A stretch of DNA of 64,000 nucleotides from Takakia lepidozioides (lineage: Eukaryota > Plantae > Bryophyta), in assembly GCA_030704615.1 (NCBI GenBank), contig CM060732.1, positions 20,522,001 to 20,586,000 on the forward strand, written 5' to 3'. This document shows, piece by piece, positions 51,951-64,000 of the stretch. Position 1 is the stretch's first letter, and the number at the start of each line of letters is the position of its first letter. The notes beneath the pieces are model-generated. The model searched no databases. It was not told where the DNA came from and worked only from the letters and a program-made list of their open reading frames with translations. Both the position numbers and the translations under genes were made by a program.

Positions 51951-52790
51951 GAGGCAGCTGCTCGTGGTGTACATGATCATATCCTTACGAAAATTGTATG
52001 AATTGTATGAATTGTATGCACATGCGGGCCACTTGCAAACTGTGGATGGAGTTCGCTTCAGTCCCTCTTTCCTACCCCCAGTCAGCCCTTCTCTACATTG
52101 GGGTATGCTATTTCGGGATGTCTCTTCCTTTGTCATCCGTTAGCTAGGTTTTGTAGGGTAGGAGTTAGGGTTTCACTCCTTAATTAGCAATAATTAAGGG
52201 TAATTAGAAAAATCTCCATGGCCATCATAAGCTGTTTTTTTCATCCGGTCCAGATGAAAAAAATAAATAGGTTCACTTGTTTGGATGAGGTCCATCAGCA
52301 GGATGATAATTAGTATCCATCATCCAGGGCATCGGTTTTTCATCCTAACAGGTAATTCGTCATCCCTTAAGAGAAAGCCTCATCCAGTACGGAAAAAAAA
52401 ACGTAAAAGGGGAAATAAAACGAATTCAGATCCGGGTATTTTTCATCCGGCATGGATGGAAAAATTATAGATAGGATGCCAGTGTCATAACCCTTATGGA
52501 GGTAATTCCTCATTCTCTAGTGACCCATCTGATATAGATGAAAGTCAATAAAAGAGGAATGAAAAATTATAAGTCCTTTTTAAAGGTACTTTAGTGTCCA
52601 CCCAGGTGATTCTTCCGGTATGGATAGAAGACCTTTACAAGTCAGGTGAAAACACCTTTTAGAGTCCATCTGGTATAGATGGAAAATCATGAAAAGAACA
52701 CTGATGCAACCGGCCAATTCCGAGGAGGGAGACAGAGTGAGAGAGGGGGCAACAATGAAAAAGAATGGGTGGGGGGGGGGGGGGGGGGGA

Positions 52791-53482
52791 GGTCAGATGG
52801 TGGGGTCAGCTGCAACATATGTCCAACACCAGATATCCTAAGTTAATCCACTCTATATCTTGGAAACAGGACCGCCCACCGACCTGTCAAATAGGCTAGT
52901 CCTGGCAGAAGACAGTAGAAGAGATTCTCAAGGACCTGGACCTGGAACCGCAAGTCTTCACCCTACTGGATAAATCTGACTTAGAGGCTATAGTGTCCAA
53001 CCATGTCTGTTGCCATGAGATTGTCTGATGAAAATGAAGTTAGGCAAAAAACTTCCCTGAACTTGTTTCCAGTCAGTGACATGGGGGAGGACATCTTGGA
53101 TGACCTCAAGGGTCTACCCACTCTCGGCACTAGACTGAAATTTAAACTCAGGGCAGGAAGCCTACCTTTGAACAGCAAACAGAAGCAGAGAGGAAATGGA
53201 GAGTGCAATTGCTCGTTGTGTGGGCAATCTGAAGATAGTACTCATTTTCTGATACACTGTCCGGGGTTCTCTCACCAAAGAGATGCTCTCTTCAAATCTA
53301 TCAAGGGAATTGTGCATGTACCTCTGTTTACTAACTTTGAAAAAGTCGAGGCTGAGCCAAAAGCCCAGCCCCTTCTAAGGCCTAGTTTTTGGGCATCTCA
53401 CACACAGCAGATTGATGCTTGTGTGAAGGGATTTGTAGTGGATATCTGGAAAACCCAGATTAATTCTATATGTGAAGGTTAA
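52791..53482 (+). mobile_element. Non-LTR retrotransposon ORF2 C-terminal fragment
   Basis: RLKFKLRAGSLPL...CSLCGQSEDSTHFLIHC CCHC; second copy at 55691-56110. Confidence 0.75.
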
Positions 53483-53541
53483 GTCTTACTACCAACGTCA
53501 GCCCCTGACAGAGGTAGGATCTGTCCCTTTTGTTTCCCCAA

Positions 53542-53667
53542 GAGAGGGGGCAACAAAGAAAAACAGAGAATGTGGGGGGGGGGAGTGACTGAGCAGCAAC
53601 AGCTGCTCAGTCACCGCCCCCCCCCCCCCCCCCCACCTTCTTTTCTTTTCTTTGTTGCCCCCCTCTC
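53542..53667. repeat. Fold-back palindrome
   Basis: GTGACTGAGCAGC AACA GCTGCTCAGTCAC core, then G-run/C-run, then GAGAGGGGGCAACAAAGAAAA / TTTTCTTTGTTGCCCCCCTCTC arms. Confidence 0.9.
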
Positions 53668-55690
53668 ACTCCCTCTCACTCCCTCTCTCTCCCTCTCTCC
53701 CTCTCCGTCTGTACAAGGAATTTGCTTATACTTTTTCCAAAACCCAGGACGGCTTGGACTAATTTTGTCTAAACCTTTTTTAATCCACAATGGATGTAAC
53801 CATGAAAATGGAGGAATTCCATTAAAGCAATTTCTCTGATTACTGGGTTCTTTGGATGAGTTTGGTCATGAAAACTAAACCCTAATGAAAGCCAGACTTT
53901 ACTTTTGGATGCCATCACTATTGGATGACATCATGATGGAATCAGGGAAATACTTTACATTATCTGTTTTTCATCTATTCTGGATGAAATCGCGAAGGTT
54001 TGCCATATCTCTTCCTCCGCCCTTAAACTCTGCACGATACTTGTGCGTTTTGATTCTGATGGAGCTGAGAGATGGTGTCAGAGGGATCATTTAAGCACAA
54101 ATCTTGTGAATTTGATGGCTATGGAGAAGCTTTATGACAGCCTGCAAGTGCTCTGGCAAGATTCCAGTACTTTTCAATTCCCCTTGGGGTATGCAAAGGC
54201 GGCTGAGCTTCAATTCCCTCAATGAGGTTGTCTCTTCCTTTGGCGGGCAACTTACTTTAAGCTGTGACTGCTTGCCGATCCGTTCAATGATCATTAAGAT
54301 CCAGCGCCGCTCTTAAACCATCAGGAAGTCCCTTCATCTGATAAAATGCTCGTAGATTTCAGCAAACCATTGCTTGTTTGTGCTGTCGATTATCGAGTTC
54401 TTGGAGCTATGTCGAATCCTCTTCCACAAACACTTAAGGTTGTGGAATATCTTTGCTTTGCTTTTGATCTCTTCTTGCTTTTTGAATGCATGTTGTACAG
54501 CGATAACAAGCGTGAGGCCTGATATTCACCTGGGGTTCCACATCTTCACTAACTTCATTGTTTTTTGACTGCATGTGATGGGACCAGGTGAGGGCCCTCA
54601 CTTAATATGATTCATGAAGCTTGCAATTGATTGAAAACTAGCAAGCTGAAGTGAAGTCGACTCAAGCTGATTCTTCAGGGAGCTAATTCAAATCTGCCCC
54701 CATTTCTTGATCTTTCTGGCTATGCTTCCAACTCTTCCTGTTGAGCATTTATACATTAGATGAGCTTTATTAGAACACATACTTTCTATTAAAGACTATT
54801 GCCTTTGATTTCTACTACACTACGTGATGGTGCTGGATTTGCTGTTTACAGCACAATATGAGCTTTTTATTTCGGTTTATAGTACTGGTATGATGTTGTG
54901 GCTTGAATGATATCAAGCAGCTAAGTAAGAGGACATAGGGAACCACAATCTTTTGTTTTTAGGCCATGTATGCTGCCTGATGCAGACCATCTGGGTTCCT
55001 GTCCTTCTCTACTTGTTTGTGACCTTGCAAGTACCCTGCTGGAGCAGATACAGATTGCCCCAAGACCTAAAACGGGCTCTGGGGTAGACTGGCTTTACTA
55101 CTAAGGCATATACCATGACATTTTTTTCTGGATTTCTATATAGTCTGTGATTATCAGTAATCACTTACTGCTCAAAACCTTTTGAATCCATTTATACACT
55201 GGCCCCAGATTGAAACTAGGTCTTGGGACAAAAAACAAGATGGGTGGACATTCCCTTCATGTGTAAATAGTTTAGAAGCTGTTTATTGCTCTAATCTGAC
55301 CATTATGGCTATATGAAAACTGGAACTTCTTCTCCAGTTTATTAATGGGAACATGGGTGGTAAACTTAGCAAGTTAAACATAATTTTCCTGCTATGAAAT
55401 GTTTCTAATATTCCGTATGAAGCATACCCTTGATTGGGTCCCTGTTTGTCTGAAACGGATGTTTATATGATCCCACCCCCCCTCCCAAAGATTTCATGAA
55501 CTGTGAGATCTGTTATATGACATCAGACTGGTTTATGAATGAAGAGTGATTGATAGTGCCTCGTTATGAGGCTGATTTGTCATACAAATTGACAAAGAGC
55601 TTGTTTGGTCTTGTCCATGTCTCGACAAGACATTTTATCTTCCCTCTCTTCTGTGCTGCTCTCTTTTAAGCTCCCGACACCCTAAATTCA

Positions 55691-56110
55691 AGGTCAGATG
55701 GTGGGTTCAGCTGTAACATATTTCCAACACCAAATATCATAAGTTAATCGACTCTATATCTTGGAAACAGGACCGCCATGTCAAACAGGGTGAGCCCTGG
55801 GAGAAGAGAGTAAAAAAGATTCTCAAGGATCTGAATCTGGACCCGCAAGTCTTGACCTTGCTGGATAAACCTGACTTAGAGAGTGTAGTGTCCAAAGCCA
55901 TGTCTGTTACTAGAAAATTGTCCGATGAAAATGAAGTTAGGAAGAAAACTTCCCTGAACCTGTTTCCAGTCTGTGACATGGGGGAGGACATCATGGATGC
56001 GCTCAAGGGTCTATCCCACTCTTGGCACCAGACCTAAATTTAAAGTCAGGGCAGGAAGACTACCTTTGAACAGTAAACAGAAGCAGAGAGGAAAGGGAGA
56101 GTGCAATTTC
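55691..56110 (+). mobile_element. Second copy of the LINE fragment at 52791, cut off at 56110
   Basis: Colinear similarity from AGGTCAGATGGTGGG to GGAGAGTGCAATT. Confidence 0.8.
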
Positions 56111-56740
56111 CCTGACGTACCTCTGCTACTGCTGGTGATTGAAGCGAGCTGGCGCGGCGAGCTGCTACGGGTGCTGTCGCGGCTGCCAGAGGCGCGGGTC
56201 CCCGCCGCTGCAGGGTGTCTCTCCCCCCGCTCACCACGGCCTCTCTCTCTTTCAGCTCGTTAGGTCGCGCCTCTGCGCGGCGTTCCTACCACACAGGGGA
56301 GAGAAACATCAGCCCGTGCTTAGGGCAAGAAAGAAAGACAGAAAGTGAGGGAGGAGGCGGTGCTTACCTGGCATTGGAGCGGCGTTGGGGCAAACTCCTT
56401 GGGGCCTTGCGACCACCTCGGGCTCAGCAGCAGGTTCGTTTCTCCTCCACCCTAAACCCCACTCTCTGAACTACCTCAGACCTCTCTCCAAGAACAAACG
56501 AAAAAGGGAGGGGAAAGAGATGCTTCAAGCACTTAGGGGAAAAAAAAGGCGCGGCGCCCCACGTGCGACGCCCGGCCGTCGCACGCCTGCGCCCGCCTTT
56601 TTTTTTTAAATGTAAAAATGAAGTTTGCGACGGTGCGACCACCAAGTAAAAATTTAAAAAAAACTCGTCGTCCAATGCGACGCCAGGGTGTCGCAGGAGG
56701 CGACGGCCGGCCTTTCTAGATTTAGGGTTTAGGGCCTTTT
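56111..56740. mobile_element. GC-rich transposon-terminus-like segment
   Basis: Begins exactly where LINE homology stops; repeated GCGACG/GTCGCA motifs in both orientations (56565-56710); TTTAGGG x2. Confidence 0.4.
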
Positions 56741-56982
56741 GGGTTTCTTAGTTTTTATTTATTTTTTCATATGTTACTGGGTTAGGGTGTTTGCTTTTCT
56801 TTATGGTGCTGGGTTTTGGATTGGCGGTTTTGGTAGTATGATTGGTAAAAATACATGAATCAAAATTACGACATAAGTATTGATGCGCGTTCATACGCAC
56901 ATTGCAGCAAGCCACGACTTGATGCCCAGCTCGCAATCACATTGCACAGGAGGCATTTCGCGCCGGTCTACTTGCAAAATTT

Positions 56983-57140
56983 GTGCCAGAGCATTTGCCC
57001 GATGTGACCAGTTGGTTCCCCCAGCAGCACGTAGATGAGATGCGTAGGGTCGAGGGGTATCGTAGGTGTCGTAGGCGTTATGGCCGGCGACGAGCTGGCC
57101 CCCCCCTCCAGTTTCCTCAGGCGGTCCCCCTGATTGTGCG

Positions 57141-57185
<45 letters not shown>

Positions 57186-58095
57186 TCTGTTTATTTGCCT
57201 GATCCACCTCCGATTGTACCTGATCCGGACGTTGTACCCCCGGCTGCACCTCTGACATTACAATCCTCACCACCTCCACTTTCATCTCACAGTACCACCT
57301 CCACCTCCACCCACCACCACCACCACCACCACCTCCACCTCCACGTGCATGTGCCCCCCCGAACCCCTAGAGGGGTCAGCTTCGCCCTAGGTTTCTTCCC
57401 CTCGGCTTGGGTGGCTGAGCCGGATCCTCGCCCCCGATGGGAAGCGCATAGGACTATGTTACTGAGGACCGTCCAGCCTCGTTGTTGGGGGAATCATCTC
57501 GACCCTCCCACCCCCATCCGAGAAAATGTGGAGTTCGAGTATTGGGGGAGACGGTATGTTGTGAGAGCCGCTACAGACCCTGCTATGGGTCGGGGTTTAT
57601 TCACGGTCAATGATATTGTGGTTCCTCCTCGGAGAAACAACACGGTGGACCTGTTTCCCTACTACGGTCCATACTACACCTCTGCGGAGTTCCGTATATT
57701 ACGCCTCGAAGCCCCATACATCCTCCCCTACATTTTGTGTGTCAACGGACAGGATGTACGTAGACGGGGGTTGTCTCCCATTGAGATCAGATTTTTGTGA
57801 TGGTGACCCCGACATCTTCGGCAATGTTGCTGGGCTGGTCAATAGTTCTTTTGGTCATCCTAGGAGAACCAATGTAGTATGGGACGAGCGAAGCGATGGG
57901 CATGAGAGCTTTTGTGGTCATACGGCAGTATACTGTGAGGGGATGCACATGTTTGTGATGACATGTGCTAGTAGGACTATTAGGGCTGGCAGCGAACTAT
58001 TTGCATCATACGAGCTCTCCCGGGATGATTGGGACCTCCGATTACAGCGTGAGTGGGATGTGTATGATAGAAATAGGGTTCCTTTGAGACAGTGA
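56983..58095 (+). pseudogene. Intronless SET-domain (lysine methyltransferase-like) ORF split by two homopolymer frameshifts
   Basis: MGRGLF (57585), PYYG, GNVAGLVNSS, IRAGSELFASY in SET order; frame breaks at C44 (57141-57184) and T5 (57792-57796); start codon uncertain. Confidence 0.7.
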
Positions 58096-59372
58096 TCGCG
58101 TAGAGGGGCATAATAGATATTCTCATGATGTACTTTGTATACATCCGATTAATCTGTCAAGTTATTTTACCACTGGTGTGAAGTTAGCTAAGAAATAGCT
58201 AGCTTTTATATATTGATATTTGGGATTGACCCAAGTGTCAATCCAGGGGCCAATATATGTTTGGGCACCTGGCGTTGTTATCTTCACAGCAGATCGCGGT
58301 GGGCTCATCTTTCTCGAGTTGAGCCTCACCGCGTCTAGCTATGGCGCCGTAGTGTGGATTCCCCGTGGCGTGGGGTGCATCTGGCTCGACTTAATATATG
58401 AGTGATGTTTTCATGTGCGAGTGTATGAGTTTGAGAGAGCTTGTATGCTTGTATCATTCATTTCCTTATCACTCGAGAAAGATCAGCTCGAGTCTGTGAG
58501 TGCCAGGTTCGAGTTGTTTTGTAGCACTTGTGTTTTCATGAGAAGCGGTTCAGCCTAGAGTGCAGGGATCCGTGCATGAGCCTATCCAAAGTGGATAGAG
58601 TGCAAAGGTGAACAGGTTGCAGGTTTGCAATGGATAGAGAGGCGGGTAGCCTATGTTGAAGAGCGGCGTTGCATAGCTCAACGCTATGGCAACCAAGTTT
58701 GGGCTTCTAGTGTGAAGCGAAGGAGATGTTGGCCACGAGTGAGCGAACTGGTGGTCGTCTTCTTCAGTTGCAGGCCAAGTTAAGGAGCTGCAGAAATGTG
58801 GGCTGCGCATGGACATCTAGCATGTTGCAGGTTGGAGATGACATGATGAGCTCCAGGTATTTCTGCCCGAAACTAGTTGTTGCGGGTAGATGAGGAACAG
58901 TCAAATGGTGGAGCTGCGAGGGGATGCATCGCAGCCCGTTGGGAGCTTCAGCTCCAAGCTCATGAAGAGGTATGAGTGAAGAGAGGGGGCTGGTCCATCT
59001 TGTGTGCAAATCAGTGCACTTGTAAAACATGTGCTGAGTTGGAGTTTCAATCTGAAACTCAGCAGTGTAAGGGTTCTTGGAGTGGCAAGAGCGGGGCTGG
59101 AAGGGCAGCAACAAGGCGCCCTAGAGCCAGGGGATATGCATGAGAAGTGTAGGTGCACCAAGCTTGTAAAGGTGTGTATTTTCAGATTTGTTTTGTGAGC
59201 TTCATGAAGAAATGGAGCTTGTTGGGCAGCATATAGCTTGCTTGTTGAGTTGGGGGCACTTCTAGTGGGCCGTGAGAGCTCAGGAGTGTAGGGCGACGGG
59301 GCTGATGGCTCCGCAGAAGCCATAGCTCGGCGGCAGCAGGTGCAGGAGCAAACCCCAGCTCGGGGAGAGCTC

Positions 59373-59540
59373 GGGAACGCGTGGGAACATCGGGAACGCC
59401 TTGGGAACGCATGGGAACTCGTTGGGAGTTCCAAGGATCGCAGGGAATACTCGTCGTGATGGGCCGTTGGGGCGGTATCACGAGATACCATGAGCCCAGG
59501 TCGTGATGGTTGACCGTGATCGTTGACCGTGACCGTTGGA
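59373..59540. repeat. Short tandem motifs (GGGAAC x5, GTTGACCGTGA x2) in the probable LTR/leader of the downstream retroelement
   Basis: Direct reading. Confidence 0.6.
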
Positions 59541-60749
59541 AGTCGTGGTGCGGATACAACGGTTGGGCACAGTGACCAGATCGTGGGGATGGCGGACCGT
59601 GAAGGCTCGTGGGAGTGGTACCACGGGGTATCACTGGGCAGCCCGTGGCCAACGAGTGCCTAGGGCGGGCCGTGAGGAGTTGTGGCGGTTGGAGCCACGG
59701 AAGGCCGCGAACAGTTAGAGTGAAAAAAAAAAAAACTTTTTTCACTCGTTTCGTGGGACCTTGATGGGGAGGCTGGGCTCTGAAGAACAACGGTTTTGAG
59801 CTAGCTGATCCGGCAGAAAAGTCGGAATTGCCTCCCTGTTGCGTTTTAACAAAGGGGATTACTTCCCTGCAGGTAATCTTTTCGGGTTTTCAGCCCAATT
59901 CTTAACTATGGGAAAGACCAGCCTGCAGATAATTCCTTTGGACAGAATGTTGTTGGGGCCTACATGTACCTCTATTTGCTCCATTTTTGAACCTTCAACG
60001 AATGGTGTGGTTTCCTGAGGTGGTTCCATTCGGAGGAATGGCTGGTGGACGTAAGGAGGCACTGGCGGACCCTGTGGAGGCTTGCATGGGGCCTTGGAGG
60101 CCAAGTTTTATGAGCTCGTGGAGGGCGGTTTGAGGAGTATCTACAGGATGCTCTCATGGTCATACAAATGAGAGAAAGGAAAAAAAAGGGTATTGGGATG
60201 AGAGCGTGCTGGGGATAGGCATTGCTTTAGTTTCCCTTCCCCGTAGCTTTCCACCTTCTCTGTAGGCCGAGACCTTTCCGTAGGTGGAGGCAAGAGTTAG
60301 TCCGGGTTTGGGCTGGGTTGCAGGAGCGACACTGTGGAGTTGTTTTTGGTGTGGGGGAGTTGTTGTTTTCATTCTTGTGTTTGGATCCCCTCCACACCTG
60401 CATGCTTGATTGTGTGCCATGCTAGTTTTGTGTGGGCGCTTGATTTTATAGGTGGTTGACTCGGGCTTGATCGCCGATCCAACCCTAGAGCATGCTGTCG
60501 ATGGTGAGGCTGGGTTGATGACCAGTCAGACCATCTTTGTTTCTCTTGTGGTGAGGTTGGAGGTGATGACCAGCCAACCATAGGAGTACCTGCGGTGGAT
60601 GTAGGTGCAGGTGTAGGCTATGTTAGGAACCTAGTATTCCAAACCATAAGCCGCATCGGGTTCTCTACCCGGTTACCTTGTGGAGAGGGGGTTAGAGACA
60701 GGTTCATGACCGGTTGAGTGCCAGTTTGTCAACACGGAGGTGCCACTAG

Positions 60750-62475
60750 TTGCTGGGGAAAGTGCCGGTACGAGCACTAGCGATACTAGCGGAGTATACG
60801 AGACGGGGTGTGCGGTTTAGGCCGCCTTCACCTCCTGTGTCTTCTACGGAAGGTTCTGATTTGGATTGTGAATCAGGAGGACTCACAGCGGCGGTGCAAG
60901 TTGTTTCCTGGCCATTGTTGTGGGACACGATGGAGGAGATGTATGGAGCCACCAAGGGGCCACGAAGGTACTCTGGGGCGGTGGGCACCATTGAGGATGA
61001 TTTTATCCAAGAGTTTGATAGTTGGTGTGACTTGCAGTAAATGCGCAATCCACAACTGTTTACGCCTTTCATGGCACGGAAGGGGCTGTTTCAGCACCTT
61101 GAGGGGCCGCCCATAGACGATTACCATGAGTTTAGGCGGGGGCACGATGTTGAGATCGAGGAGTGGAGGATGTACTGGTCACCTGACTATGTCTCCATCA
61201 CTAGAGGCACAAGAGGCACAAGGGCAACAGCCACACCGGCAGCTACAACAGCAGCTTCCACGAGCAGTAGTGGGACTAGTGGTACAGCAACTACGATGGC
61301 CACCCAAGCTACTGCTGCACCAGCACCAGTGGCGGTGTCTGCCTTCAACCCTGTTGTGGAGTTCTTCGAAGAGTTGAGAAGGAACTACCAAGGGGTGAGG
61401 ACAGAGAAGTTGATGAGCTTGCAAGAGTTCCAGAGGAAGCCTACTGAGAGTTTGAGGGAGGCTTTCACTCGCATAAGGCGCTTGATAAATGTAACCCAAG
61501 GGGTTACGGAGGCTCAGGCAGTCCAGTTCTGGTACGGGATATTGGACAAGGAGCTGAGGAGAAGGGTGCGGGATGCAACTCTCCTACAAGCGGCCAAACC
61601 CACCTTAGCAAATGTATTTTTGCTGGCGGAGCGGATAGAGCTCAACATGGTGGAGGAACGAGTGGTCATGGTAGGATTTGTTAAGGAGGCACCACGGGGT
61701 AGTGGTGCTCCTAGCCAACCACTACCTCAATGTGCTCAAGGCAGCAAGGGAGCTCAGGTGAAGCCCAGGGAAGGGCAGAGAGGACCTCAGATGCAGGGGT
61801 CTCTCCCTTCATTTGCTAGCCAACAACGGGCGGATGTGGTATGCTGGACATGTGGAGGACCCCATGTCAAGAAGGATTGCCTAGAGGGAGGCAATGGTTT
61901 GACACCGGCACAGCCTGCACAGTTGCAGTGTAGGCATTGTGGCAAGTACGGGCATGGAGAAGCCCAGTGCTATGGTTTGCACCCTGAGTTGCGCCCAGGC
62001 CAGTTCCAAGGGAACAATGGTGGCCGGGGGCAAGGTGGAGCAGCCCAGAGAGGAAGAGGTGGCCAGGCACGAGGTGCAGGCCAAGGGCAAGCTCAACATG
62101 GCCAAGGACGCGGAGGTCAGGGTGGTGACCAAGGCATGGCCAACCGGCTTCAGCAGCTAGAGCAGAGGCTCACTGCCATGGCCACAGCTCAGGTGGTACT
62201 GGCTCCAACATACAACTTGTGAGGGATGGTCCACCTCCTGCTCCTGAGGGAGGAGACTTAGGAGGCATGGGATTCATGTGCGGGGCAGCACTACCACTAG
62301 TGAGGGGTGCCACTACCACTACCACTATGGGTGGGGCACCACTACCAATGGTGAGGGGTGCCACTACCACTACCACTGTGGGTGAGGCACCACTACCACT
62401 AGTGTCGGGCAGTACTACCACTAGTGCAAGTGGAGTCAGTTGCGGCAGTGACTCGAGGAGCAGCACGAGTTCTGC
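60750..62475 (+). pseudogene. Gag of a non-chromoviral gypsy retrotransposon; one in-frame stop, truncated before the protease
   Basis: FQRKPTESLREAFTRIRRL..QFWYGIL gag core; CWTCGGPHVKKDC and CRHCGKYGHGEAQC knuckles; in-frame TAA at 61038-61040; G/Q/R-rich tail; 51-bp repeats at 62285-62420. Confidence 0.85.
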
Positions 62476-64000
62476 CTTGTGTGGTCCATTTAGACATAAA
62501 AAAATAGGCTGAGATGGCGTCACAAACAGTGTGCGTTGACGCACACTATTTGGTGCTTCCAACTATGGGGTTTTTTACATGGCATTCTAGCCCTGTGTTG
62601 CCCATTTAGACATCAATGAACAAGCATAAAGGGGAGCAGAAACAGTGTGCTTTGAAGCACACTGTTTGGTGCTTCCAATTAGGGGTTTTTTGACATGACA
62701 TACTGGCCCTGTGTGGCTCATTTTGAAATCAAAAAACAGGCTGAGAGAAGGGCACAAATAGTGTGCGTTGACGCACACTATTTGATGCTTCCAACCATGG
62801 GGTTGTTTGACATGGTCTGGCATTATTTGGCCCATTTACAAATCAAAAAATTAGCATAAAGGGGAGCAAAAATAGTGTGCTTTGAAGCACACTGTTTGGA
62901 GCTCCCAATTAGGGGTTTTTTGACATGGCATACTGGCCCTGTGTGGCTCATTTTGAAGTCAAAAAACAGGCTGAGAGAAGGGCACAAACAGTGTGCGTTG
63001 ACGCACATTGTTTGATGCTTCCAACCATGGGGTTGTTTGACATGGCATTCTGGCACTATTTGGCCCATTTACACATCAAAAAATTAGCATAAAGGGGAGC
63101 AAAAACAGTGTGCTTTGAAGCACACTGTTTGGAGCTCCCAATTAGGGGTTTTATGACATGGCATAGTGGCCTTGTGTGGCCCATCTAGACATCGAAAAAC
63201 AAACTGAGATGGCGGCACAAACAGTGTACGTTGACGCACACTGTTTGGTGCTTCCAACTATGGGGTTTTTTGACATGGCATTCTGGCCCTGTGTTGCCCA
63301 TTTAGACATCCATAAAGGGGAGCAGAAACAGTGTGCTTTGAAGCACACTGTTTGGAGCTCCCAATTAGGGTTTTTTTGACATAGCATATTGGCCTTGTGT
63401 GGCCCATTTAGACATAAAAAAAAAGGCTGAGATGGCGGCACAAACAGTGTGCGTTGACGCACACTGTTTGGTGCTTCCAACTATGGGGTTTTGTGACGTG
63501 GCATTCTTGCCCTCTGTTGCCCATTTAGTCATCAATAAACAAGCATAAAGGGGAGCAAAAACAGTGGGCTTTGAAGCACACTGTTTGGTGCTCCCAATTA
63601 GGGATTTTTTGACATGGCAAACTAGTCATGTGTGGCACATTTTGAAATCAAAAAACAGGCGGAGAGAGGGGCACAAACAGTGTGCGTTGATGCACACTGT
63701 TTGGTACGTTTAACTATGGGGTTTTTTTGACATGGCATTTAGGCCCCGTGTGGCCCATTTGGACATCCAAAAACAGGCTGAGAGAGGGGCACAAACAGTG
63801 TGCGTTGACGCACACTATTTGGTGCTTCCAACTATGGATGTTTTAAACTTTGCACAATGGCCCTGTGTGGCCCATTAAGACATGAAAAAACAACTAGAAA
63901 GGGGGGCACAAACAATGTGCGTTGACTCACACTGTTTGGTGCTTCCAACTATGGGGTGTTTTGACATGGCAAACTGGCCTTGTGTGGCCCATTTAGACAT
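62474..64000. repeat. ~116-bp satellite with AB dimer higher-order structure, running off the window
   Basis: 13 monomers with hairpins near 62523, 62640, 62755, 62868, 62984, 63102, 63218, 63326, 63441, 63558, 63674, 63792, 63908. Confidence 0.95.

Noticed and set aside
56721-56734. Telomeric TTTAGGG repeats
   Set aside because: Only two units; telobox-like motifs are common in plant TEs and promoters.
56883-57038. C2H2-like CKICARAFARCDQL upstream of the SET ORF
   Set aside because: It lacks the two histidines, sits in a short alternate frame, and is probably coincidental.
62474-64000. CRISPR array
   Set aside because: The sequences between the palindromes are themselves repeats, not unique spacers; eukaryotic context and no cas genes.

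Overview
Eukaryotic nuclear DNA from a non-seed land plant (moss/lycophyte/fern-type, inferred from the TE families and the abundant PLS-class PPR sequence; species not determinable here). Left to right: a near-intact Ty3/gypsy chromovirus (single gag-pol ORF with chromodomain, 1.6-kb 3' LTR); a decayed cluster of PLS-PPR/E/E+ editing-factor pseudogenes, each preceded by an OSB-type 'PDF' ssDNA-binding motif; a probably pseudogenised acid/triacylglycerol lipase; an old Tcn1-like gypsy relic; an intact PBL28-like receptor-like cytoplasmic kinase whose introns hold repeated 3' ends of one LINE; an intact class III peroxidase; L1, hAT-like, Ulp1-bearing and fold-back TE debris; an intronless, TE-flanked minimal SET-domain ORF broken only at two homopolymers; a truncated non-chromoviral gag; and a 116-bp satellite whose monomers carry hairpins with compensatory substitutions. 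Best candidates for undescribed biology: the PDF-PPR-E architecture, the apparently mobile SET methyltransferase gene, and the covarying hairpin satellite. All family calls come from motif recognition by eye, not from database searches.
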